Positions 17,671 through 25,343 of a DNA stretch of 25,343 nucleotides are shown piece by piece. A program made the translations under genes and the position numbers. The stretch is from NCBI GenBank assembly GCA_964534625.1, contig CAZHRF010000044.1:1-25343 (forward strand). Direction: 5' to 3'. The DNA comes from an uncultured archaeon. GTDB taxonomy: Archaea; Asgardarchaeota; Heimdallarchaeia; Heimdallarchaeales; Heimdallarchaeaceae. Under the pieces are notes generated by a model. That model did not search any database and had not been told where the DNA came from. It saw only the letters and a list, made by a program, of their open reading frames with translations. Numbering within the stretch: position 1 is the first letter of the stretch; the number at the start of each line of letters is the position of its first letter.

Positions 17671-18320
17671 TTCAATGAATCAAGCTGATAAAGATTCAAA
17701 TCATGAGTATACAAACCAAATGCAGAAAGAAGCCATTTTAATTCCTTTTCAGCTATATTAAAAGAAGCCATTAAATAGTCTAACGTAACTCCGTCAAGAA
17801 ACTTTTTAATAATTTCACTTAGATGCTTAATATGTTCAGTTTTTTGCCTTACAATAGTTACATTAATGCCAGAGTTAATTAATAACTTGTTGAGATAATT
17901 TTCACTTACCTCTAAAATAGCTGCAATTTTTTGTGTTTCTAAACCTTGATTCTTAAGCTCAATGTATCTCGCTATTTGCAATGTTTGTCTGTCTCTCTGA
18001 GTTAATATGAATCCCCTGTACTGTAAGAAATTTACGACTGTTTCTCTGCTGTATTTCAATTTTTTAATAATTTCATTTATCCCATATCCTTGTAAATATA
18101 GCTCTGCTATTTTTGCTCGCTTCATAGCATAGTGTTGTTTGTGCGTTCTAATCTTTATGTCATTTTCCTTCAATATTCTTGATACAGTTGTTCTACCACA
18201 AGAGAAATCTTTCGCAATTTTGCGAATCGACCAACCTTCTTTATATTTATTAATAATTTTCTTTTCTTTCTCAGTGAGGTCACAATCTCTTGTATTATCA
18301 TTTGTGTTCATAATGCTCAC
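17667..18320 (-). CDS. Tandem 4x helix-turn-helix DNA-binding protein (Cbp1/HTH-repeat-like)
   Basis: Four ~45-50 aa repeats of I..Y..G.S...IA..L......V...L...G/D-I. Confidence 0.75.
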   Translation of the reverse strand: MSIMNTNDNTRDCDLTEKEKKIINKYKEGWSIRKIAKDFSCGRTTVSRILKENDIKIRTHKQHYAMKRAKIAELYLQGYGINEIIKKLKYSRETVVNFLQYRGFILTQRDRQTLQIARYIELKNQGLETQKIAAILEVSENYLNKLLINSGINVTIVRQKTEHIKHLSEIIKKFLDGVTLDYLMASFNIAEKELKWLLSAFGLYTHDLNLYQLDSLK

Positions 18321-18476
18321 ACGTGGTTGAAGGCAGATATAATGTACTATTGTCTGTTCGTATTAATAAATATTATTAATCCCATTATAAATCCAGAAAA
18401 GTGAATAAAACACTTGATCTTTGAATAGAAAGCAAAGAAAGGAAAAATTGAAACCAGATATACACAAACGAAACGT

Positions 18477-18902
18477 CTAAATTGGATCTATGATTTTCTT
18501 CGCTGTCTTGGCTGCGAAATATACTAGGGCAGTACATTTTTGTTTTCTATCAGATGTATTATTGACAGTACCATCCTCATTAATAAAATCAGCTAGTATA
18601 TCAACACAATTCAAACTATGTTCTTCTTTCATTGTCTTTTTGAATTCATTGATTGATTTAGCTAATTCTTCTTTAGAAACATTTTTTGCTTTGACCACAA
18701 TTCCCAAAGCAGCTAACGTCCCAGTTATGGCTCCACATACAGATCTTTCACCCATTCCTCCTCCAAAACCCACCATTGCGTCAGCTATTAGCGTACATCT
18801 GTCTTTCATTCCATAATAACTTAAGATCCCACATGCAGTAGATTGAGCACAATTAAAACCCTTATTCCAGTATTCAGCTGTTTTTTCAGTAATTTTGTCC
18901 AT
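18477..18902 (-). CDS. C_GCAxxG_C_C family putative redox protein
   Basis: GFNCAQS, GFGGGMG..SVCGAITG, LNC and KC motifs. Confidence 0.92.
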   Translation of the reverse strand: MDKITEKTAEYWNKGFNCAQSTACGILSYYGMKDRCTLIADAMVGFGGGMGERSVCGAITGTLAALGIVVKAKNVSKEELAKSINEFKKTMKEEHSLNCVDILADFINEDGTVNNTSDRKQKCTALVYFAAKTAKKIIDPI

Positions 18903-18988
18903 ATTATTATACCTACTGATTAATTTATACTGATTTTAGAAAGATATTAGATAAAATTTTCTCTTTTCAATACTGTTGAATTTTTGAA

Positions 18989-19014
18989 AATGAGTAATAT
19001 TTATATCACTCATT
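18989..19014. promoter_or_regulatory. 26-bp near-perfect palindrome over the TATA box of the first degV-like gene
   Basis: AATGAGTAATAT-TT-ATATCACTCATT (one mismatch), ending 15 nt before ATG 19030. Confidence 0.55.
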
Positions 19015-19029
19015 AGTTAACTTGTTTGT

Positions 19030-19911
19030 ATGAACTACGCAGTTATAACAGAAACCACAGCGGATTTACCACAAGCAATTGTAGACAAATATAATATTCT
19101 TGAGGTTCCAGCATATATTAATTTTCCAGATACAGATGAGAGTCTAAAAGAAAAATTTGACATCTCCAAAGAACAATATATGGAGCGTATAATAAAAACC
19201 AACAAACACCCTTTTACCTCCCAATGTGGTTTACAAGAGATCTTTGATGCATTTGATACAGCAACAGTAATGGGGGCTAAAGAAATAATGTATGTATCAA
19301 CATCATCTAATATAAGTGGATTCTTTAATATAGCAAATTTGGCTAAAAAAAGATACATTCAACGAGGTACCGAAGCAAAGATCATAGTACACGATTCTTT
19401 TCAAGCTAGTTTGGGTATAGGTGTCCAAGCAATTAAAGCAGTCAAACTCTTTGAACAAGGATTACCTATTGAAGATGTACACAAAGAATTGATTGATTTT
19501 AGAGATAATAAACAGCATTCAACGTTGACTGTAAAAACACTCAAATACCTGCAAAAAAGTGGAAGAATTAATCGTATACAATACGCTATTGGAAAAATCT
19601 TGGGTATCACTCCATGTCTAGAAGGAACTTATGAAGGAAATTTAGAAGTGTTTGATCGGGCTAAAGAATATGCAGAAGGGATTGCTAAGGTTATAGATAG
19701 AGCGTATGAATATACCAAACAGAAAGAAAATCTGGCTGCCTATATTGTAGAAGGGAGAGCCAAAAAAGGTATAGATATAGCTAAAGCATATCTGAAGAAA
19801 CAATATCCTGAAATCAATATTAAAGGAACAGAATTATTAAGCAGTTCAATATATACGCATACTGGTCCAGGTGTAGTGGCAATAATAGTTTTCAACGATT
19901 TCGAGTACTAG
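19030..19911 (+). CDS. DegV/FakB-family fatty-acid-binding protein
   Basis: ITETTADL, TSQ, SSNISG, HDS..AS, LKYL.KSGRI and HTGPG motifs. Confidence 0.92.
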   Translation: MNYAVITETTADLPQAIVDKYNILEVPAYINFPDTDESLKEKFDISKEQYMERIIKTNKHPFTSQCGLQEIFDAFDTATVMGAKEIMYVSTSSNISGFFNIANLAKKRYIQRGTEAKIIVHDSFQASLGIGVQAIKAVKLFEQGLPIEDVHKELIDFRDNKQHSTLTVKTLKYLQKSGRINRIQYAIGKILGITPCLEGTYEGNLEVFDRAKEYAEGIAKVIDRAYEYTKQKENLAAYIVEGRAKKGIDIAKAYLKKQYPEINIKGTELLSSSIYTHTGPGVVAIIVFNDFEY

Positions 19912-19987
19912 AAACCTAAAAATTCAATTACAGAATCCCCAAAAGAAGGCAAAAAAGAAGTAGAAAAAAAGTAATAAAAAAAACAAC

Positions 19988-20614
19988 CTATTTCTTAGGT
20001 TTTTCGGTTTGTTTTTCCTTTGTTGTTTGTTTTATAACAACCCCCATTAAACCCATTAATATGCGCTCTACACCATTCAATATGAAAGTAAACGAAAGGT
20101 AGCTCATTAATAATTTAATAGTTTCATCGGATGTTTCAGGAGTTGGATTAACCACCAATATCAGGATCGCAATAACCATGGTTATCAAGCCTAAGATTGC
20201 TGATGTAAGTTTCACACGTTTTGGTGCATTAGATGTTGTTAATCCCAAACCTATTCGTGATATACCTTGTATTATCATAGCATAAGCCAATATAACTATT
20301 AAAAGGTTATAGCCTACATCTGGTATGCTAAAGACTATTACTGCGAGTAATACAAACAATAGTCCTAGAATCAATCTGATTATTCGTCTCCAAGTCTTTG
20401 GTTCTTCATTAAATATAGCTTGTCCTATTCTTTCTATTCCCATAAAAAGAAGACCAGCAATAAGAATCCAAGAGAGTATATCTACTGCTAAGAATGGGAT
20501 ACTAGCAAAAACAATTAACGCGATTAATATATAGATTGTTCCCAAAGATATATTAAAACCGCGCATAAATGTCGAGAGTTTAATTGTTTGAGTTTTTTTT
20601 GTTGTTTCTGACAT
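19988..20614 (-). CDS. HdeD/DUF308-like membrane protein
   Basis: Six TM helices in three repeats, each ending G[IV][ES]RI. Confidence 0.78.
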   Translation of the reverse strand: MSETTKKTQTIKLSTFMRGFNISLGTIYILIALIVFASIPFLAVDILSWILIAGLLFMGIERIGQAIFNEEPKTWRRIIRLILGLLFVLLAVIVFSIPDVGYNLLIVILAYAMIIQGISRIGLGLTTSNAPKRVKLTSAILGLITMVIAILILVVNPTPETSDETIKLLMSYLSFTFILNGVERILMGLMGVVIKQTTKEKQTEKPKK

Positions 20615-20733
20615 AGCTAATAAAATATATTAGAATATAAAAGTATTTAGATTTACCAAGTATACTAACCTTTAGATTAAAAGAATATAAGAAAGAGAGA
20701 TTAACGCTCATTTAATAAAAAAAGAGAAGAGTA

Positions 20734-21603
20734 TTACTCTTCAATAAAATTGGATATTAAAGCGATAGAAGAAGGACCTGTGTGAGCTCCTATTGTCACT
20801 CCTGAAAGAACAATTTCTGTTTTTGTATCAGGAAATGCTTCTTTTACTATTTCTTTAAGTTCTAAAGCTAATGCTTCATCATTGGTATGAACCAACGCGA
20901 CTTCTTTTGGCGGCGTATCTTTAACTTTTTTAGTCAAGTTAATCAGTTCATTTAATCCCGTTTCAAGTTTTGTATAAGTTGTAGCAAGAACATTTTGTCC
21001 TTCTTCATTTACACGGATGATCGGCTTCTTTCGTAAAACTGTTGCCACCAAGTATTTTGCGATGTTAATTCTTCCACCTAATAATAGATGTTTTAATGTT
21101 GGAAGTAACACAAAGTTCTTAATATTACCAACATTTTCTTGTAATTTTGTTTGAATTTCTTCTGCATTTAATCCTTGTTCAGCTAGTTTCATTCCTTCTC
21201 TAAGGAGAAATACCGTAGAATATGAGGCATTCAATGAGTCTACTAGATAAATCTGCACTTCTTCATTCATTTTTTGAAACATTTGTTTGGCTACTCGAGC
21301 AGAATTTAATGTGCCACTTAAACCTGAACTTATCGTAATAACAATAATCTCTTTAGCACCTTCTTCGGCATATTTTTTATATGCTTGGAAGAAATCTTGA
21401 GGTGTCGGCTGTGAGGTTTTAGGTCTAAAAAGCATTTTCTCTTCAAATTGGTTATAAAAGTTTTTGAGATCAAAATCTTTCGTTTCTTTGAATGTTTGAT
21501 CATCATATGTCACATTTAAAGAGACAACTTCAATTCCATGCTCCTTTGCAAACTCCCAATCAATATCCGAGGAGGAATCTATAATAAATCTGATGGAGGT
21601 CAT
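20734..21603 (-). CDS. DegV/FakB-family fatty-acid-binding protein
   Basis: IIDSSSD, PKTSQP, ISSGLSGT, VDS, GGRI, KP and HTGP motifs. Confidence 0.95.
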   Translation of the reverse strand: MTSIRFIIDSSSDIDWEFAKEHGIEVVSLNVTYDDQTFKETKDFDLKNFYNQFEEKMLFRPKTSQPTPQDFFQAYKKYAEEGAKEIIVITISSGLSGTLNSARVAKQMFQKMNEEVQIYLVDSLNASYSTVFLLREGMKLAEQGLNAEEIQTKLQENVGNIKNFVLLPTLKHLLLGGRINIAKYLVATVLRKKPIIRVNEEGQNVLATTYTKLETGLNELINLTKKVKDTPPKEVALVHTNDEALALELKEIVKEAFPDTKTEIVLSGVTIGAHTGPSSIALISNFIEE

Positions 21604-21863
21604 TAAATATAACTGAATTACGCTTTTTAAAAAACTTTATCCCTAAAAAGCATAAAACCGAATAAAATCTCAAATAATTACCTTCTCTCTCTTCCTTTGT
21701 AACCAAACAATTGCTTAATTGAAAAAAATACCTCCGCCTAATTGGTGTTTAAAAACTGTCAATAGCTTACACTTGCTTTTATTTCAACCTTGAAAATACG
21801 TTCTTTTTATATTTTCTACAAACAAACAATAAATTTTAATTTAATAAATTTTAACATAATACA

Positions 21864-23426
21864 ATGACCTTTTCTTATGAAGAAATCCTCAAAATCATTT
21901 CTTCTCACACAGATTTATCTTCTAAAGAGATAAATAAATTAATTGAAGAACAAATCGAGAAACATGCGGGGTTATTAACAGAAGAAGGAGCGGCCCTTCT
22001 TACAGCTCGTGATTTAGGTGTTAAACTTTATCAAATAAAAAAAGACAAGCAAGAGTATTACCAATTTGCCAATATTCAAGGAGAAGTAAGTAATCTTTCA
22101 ATTAAAGGGAGAGTACTCAACAAAACAAAAATCAAAACGTTTGATCGTAAAGATGGCTCAACAGGACATACATGTAGTTTACTCTTGAAAGACAAAACGG
22201 GTGAAATAAAAGTAACGCTTTGGGATGACCTGGCACAAAAAATTCAAGAACTTAAGATCAAAAAAGGAACTGTTTTAGACATTTCTAATGGTTATGTAAA
22301 ACGGGATAGAAACGAAAGACTAGTTGTTCATTCAAGCACCCAAACAAGTATAAAAATAATTGAAAATGCAGATCCCGAACAATTTCCGCTTATCCCAAAA
22401 AAGTTAATTAAAATTGAGGACATAGATCTGGGAGTCGAAGATTTTGAAATTAAAGCAAGAATAGTCGATCAGTCTAATGTTAATACTTTTCAACGTGAGG
22501 ATGGTACTCAAGGTAAAGTCATTAATTTGTTGCTTATGGATCAGACGGGACAAATCTATATCTCTTTTTGGAATGATGCAGTAGAAAAAGCGTTAAAACT
22601 AATTGAACAATCTGTTGAAGTCATTTTAGTCCGTTCACCGTTGGTTAAAAGAGGATTAAATAATAGAATTGAACTGGTATACGTTAAGTTTACCCAAATT
22701 GAACCAACAATGGACCCAGAATTGGAAAAAATTTCAGCGAAACAAAATCTAGAAGGAAAGAGTCAAACAGTTCATTCATTGGTTGAAATTAAAGATATTA
22801 AACCAACTAGTGGTCCGCTCTCTACAGCGGGTATTGTAACAAAAAACTTTGGAGTAAATATTTATACAAAAAGAAATGATTCTGAAGGTCAAGTTGGTTC
22901 GTTTATCATCATTGATTCAACAGGAAATATACGAGTAGTGTGTTGGAATGACAAAGCTGATTTAATGAAAGAGGTTAAAGAAGGAGATAAAGTGAAAATT
23001 ATCAGTTTTAAACCCAGAGAAAGCAACAGATATGATGCTACAGAATTGCATTCTATTTCAGGATCAGCTATTGAAATCAATCCTTCTGATGTAGAATTAG
23101 ACCCTAATGATTTTTTTGTTAATATAGCAGAAATATATGGTAATAAAAATTACATATCAATTAGAGCTGAATTAATAGATAAAGGAGAAGTGAATATATT
23201 TAAAAGAAAAGATGGGAAAAATGGGAAAGTTATTAACGCAAAAATAGAAGACCCTACTGGGCAAGCTAAGTTAGTTGCATGGGATGATAACGTAAATAAA
23301 TTAGAAGATATTGAGCTAGGTGAATGGATAGAAATAACAGCCCTTAAAACAAAACTTGAGGAAGAGATAGAACTAACTCTAACAGATGATTCAAAAATCA
23401 AAAAACTAGAAAAACCAAATGAATAA
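21864..23426 (+). CDS. rpa: Replication protein A (multi-OB-fold ssDNA-binding protein)
   Basis: N-terminal GLLTEEGAALL.ARDLGV helical domain and four OB folds with F.R.DG..G.V....D.TG.I....W.D. Confidence 0.92.
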   Translation: MTFSYEEILKIISSHTDLSSKEINKLIEEQIEKHAGLLTEEGAALLTARDLGVKLYQIKKDKQEYYQFANIQGEVSNLSIKGRVLNKTKIKTFDRKDGSTGHTCSLLLKDKTGEIKVTLWDDLAQKIQELKIKKGTVLDISNGYVKRDRNERLVVHSSTQTSIKIIENADPEQFPLIPKKLIKIEDIDLGVEDFEIKARIVDQSNVNTFQREDGTQGKVINLLLMDQTGQIYISFWNDAVEKALKLIEQSVEVILVRSPLVKRGLNNRIELVYVKFTQIEPTMDPELEKISAKQNLEGKSQTVHSLVEIKDIKPTSGPLSTAGIVTKNFGVNIYTKRNDSEGQVGSFIIIDSTGNIRVVCWNDKADLMKEVKEGDKVKIISFKPRESNRYDATELHSISGSAIEINPSDVELDPNDFFVNIAEIYGNKNYISIRAELIDKGEVNIFKRKDGKNGKVINAKIEDPTGQAKLVAWDDNVNKLEDIELGEWIEITALKTKLEEEIELTLTDDSKIKKLEKPNE

Positions 23427-23498
23427 AAGAAAAGAAGACAAGATCGAAAGTAAAAATACTAAAGAAAATAAAAAAACAAGGGATATAACCCAATACTA

Positions 23499-24590
23499 TT
23501 ATTTCTCTTTCTTTACATCAAACCCATATAATTCAAGCTTAACTACTTTGAAAAATTCAGAAACAATGCTTATTGAAGTTAAGACTATCACTACAATCAC
23601 CCCAATATTTACTGCTTTAACAATATCTGCATCAGGTAAGTAGGATTGTAATGGGTCTATCAAGATTATAGGATTAAGTTTGAGTTGTAAAAATAATGGT
23701 ATATATAATCCATTCAAGAAAGCTTGAACAATATGTAGTCCTTGCTGTGCACGTAAATTATTACCTACAAGCAACTGAGTAAGACTAACAAATGCACTAA
23801 CAAGAATTATTACTCCAAATATTTGGATCCAAAGCATTAGAGGAAAAGGTATATAGGGCTCAAAGTTAAAAAATGGTAAGAAAATCATGATAATACCAAA
23901 TATGAACCCCATAATAACTTCTCCAAGAAATTCGCCTGTTTTGTAACGTTTTCTTGGAATCAAGGGTGAATCGCTTGGTTGTCTATAAGAAGAAGGAGTA
24001 GTAACAAGAGAAGGATCATCAACCTGAGAAGTGGGTGTAACTTTTTTTGTTTGATCTTTGGTAGCCATTTGATCAAAGAAATTAATGTCGCCAGGTAAAA
24101 AGCCTTGCATTGAGAGATAAACAAATAAACATGTTACTATAATAAAACCAGTACCAAAACCTGACCATATGCCTTCCCAAAAATTACCAATCAAAACCCC
24201 AAAAGATTCGTTTGGTATGCCTAATAGCAAGGATAAAAAGTTTACTGCGACAATCAGAACCCCAAATATTACTAATGATTTCAGATAAAAGGGCCAAAGT
24301 TCTTCTGAAATATAGTACTTAGGAGTACCGCGTTCTTTGTATTCATCAGCAATAGATTTTGGGGTACCCATTTTGGCAAGAACCAGATGAATTTGTTTGG
24401 TACTTGGTTGCTCACCGTCAGAAATTTCATAAGCCCTATCCATAATATGATTCTCGAGTTCATCTAATGTCTCTTTAAGCATTTCTTCGTCCATCTTTAT
24501 CCAAAGAGGGAGCTTTTTTTCAACTTTATTCAAAAAATCCTGAATGACAGTTGTTATTTCAGTTTGATTATTATTTTGTGTCGATTTCAT
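23499..24590 (-). CDS. HAAS-domain membrane protein (PadR partner)
   Basis: N-terminal FL..V...LP....ELENHI.D....L..MGTP..IA.EY (HAAS) followed by several TM helices; starts 2 nt after the padR stop. Confidence 0.8.
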   Translation of the reverse strand: MKSTQNNNQTEITTVIQDFLNKVEKKLPLWIKMDEEMLKETLDELENHIMDRAYEISDGEQPSTKQIHLVLAKMGTPKSIADEYKERGTPKYYISEELWPFYLKSLVIFGVLIVAVNFLSLLLGIPNESFGVLIGNFWEGIWSGFGTGFIIVTCLFVYLSMQGFLPGDINFFDQMATKDQTKKVTPTSQVDDPSLVTTPSSYRQPSDSPLIPRKRYKTGEFLGEVIMGFIFGIIMIFLPFFNFEPYIPFPLMLWIQIFGVIILVSAFVSLTQLLVGNNLRAQQGLHIVQAFLNGLYIPLFLQLKLNPIILIDPLQSYLPDADIVKAVNIGVIVVIVLTSISIVSEFFKVVKLELYGFDVKKEK

Positions 24591-24592
24591 GT

Positions 24593-25120
24593 TTAATCCT
24601 CATTTATAATTGTTTTAACATTTAAGCCACATATACGGCAGAAGTTTACTTCGTCTTTTATGTTTATCTTATTAGCACAATTCGGACAATATATAAAATC
24701 TGCTCTATCAAGTGTGATCTTAAAACTAAGTAAGGGAGAAATGGCTTCAAGTAGCTTAGAAAAAAAGCCTTCTAGATGATCAAAGGTATTTTTCCCTATT
24801 TCTGTAAGGAGGTAATATTTACGTCTCCTGCCAGAACTTGAGCTAATTTTTGAACTGAGAATATTATCTTTTTCCAGTTTCCTGAGCATAGGATATAACG
24901 TACCCTCATCAATAATTAGCACGTTATTTGTTTTTTCTTCAATATCTTTTAAAATTTGATAGCCATAAATACCTTCTTTTGAATGTTCTTTGATTATTGA
25001 TAATATAATCAAAGTAGATATACCTCTTAGCAGTTCAGATTCAAAGCTTTCAACATAGGATCGAAAAGCCTCACTATCCATCAATGCATCTTTGTGGAAC
25101 GTTTTTATATTTCTAAGCAT
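24593..25120 (-). CDS. PadR-family transcriptional regulator with a C-terminal zinc ribbon
   Basis: ELLRG..ILSII..YGYQI..EGTLYPMLRKLE..RRKYY.LT..G and CPNC...CRICG; the true start may be the internal MDSE Met. Confidence 0.92.
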   Translation of the reverse strand: MLRNIKTFHKDALMDSEAFRSYVESFESELLRGISTLIILSIIKEHSKEGIYGYQILKDIEEKTNNVLIIDEGTLYPMLRKLEKDNILSSKISSSSGRRRKYYLLTEIGKNTFDHLEGFFSKLLEAISPLLSFKITLDRADFIYCPNCANKINIKDEVNFCRICGLNVKTIINED

Positions 25121-25156
25121 GTGTTTTCACCTTTTTCGGACCATGTATAATAAAAC

Positions 25157-25212
25157 AATACGCATAGTATATATGTATTACTTCATTATAGATACTATAA
25201 TACATATAGTAT
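25157..25212. promoter_or_regulatory. Two palindromic candidate PadR autoregulatory operators
   Basis: ATACTAT-N7-ATAGTAT (25192-25212) and imperfect AATACGCATA-GTA-TATATGTATT (25157-25179) upstream of padR. Confidence 0.5.
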
Positions 25213-25343
25213 AACAAATATATAAACATGTCCATATGTGATCAAGTGGGAAAAAACGATAGAGATTGATTGAAGATAAAAAACAGGATAAAAAAAAAGA
25301 AAAAAATGGTCAGGTTTAAACTACATAAAAGTAGCTACCCGTA

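Noticed and set aside
499-24463. Short antisense or overlapping ORFs in the track (e.g. 499-699, 2288-2641, 2664-2888, 2993-3265, 9945-10424, 14256-14528, 16014-16451, 18490-18816, 23419-23643)
   Set aside because: Shadows of well-supported genes or low-complexity frames with no recognisable motifs

Overview
AT-rich archaeal chromosomal segment, most likely from an Asgard archaeon (inferred from an archaeal NadM, a multi-OB RPA, a longin-like protein, a tandem Lrp/AsnC regulator, two DegV proteins and TATA boxes about 25 nt before ATGs). It holds about 25 mostly unrelated CDSs covering signalling, transport, cell envelope, DNA repair and cofactor synthesis, plus one GNAT pseudogene. I see no rRNA, tRNA, CRISPR array or transposase. 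Main observations: (1) two diverged, oppositely oriented copies of an unannotated ~100-bp element (11269-11368 and 17503-17601) with ~23-bp terminal inverted repeats and A-tract flanks, one next to a 4xHTH Cbp1-like gene; (2) a 91-aa protein resembling the ESCRT-III/PspA or DM14 helical hairpin directly behind a Toastrack (DUF4097) gene, with a second Toastrack gene and a PadR-HAAS pair elsewhere, suggesting Psp-like envelope-stress components; (3) a membrane sensor whose HisKA-like helix has Asp in place of His and no ATPase domain, coupled to an intact receiver; (4) a longin gene whose likely membrane anchor sits one base out of frame. All family calls come from motif recognition by eye, not database searches.
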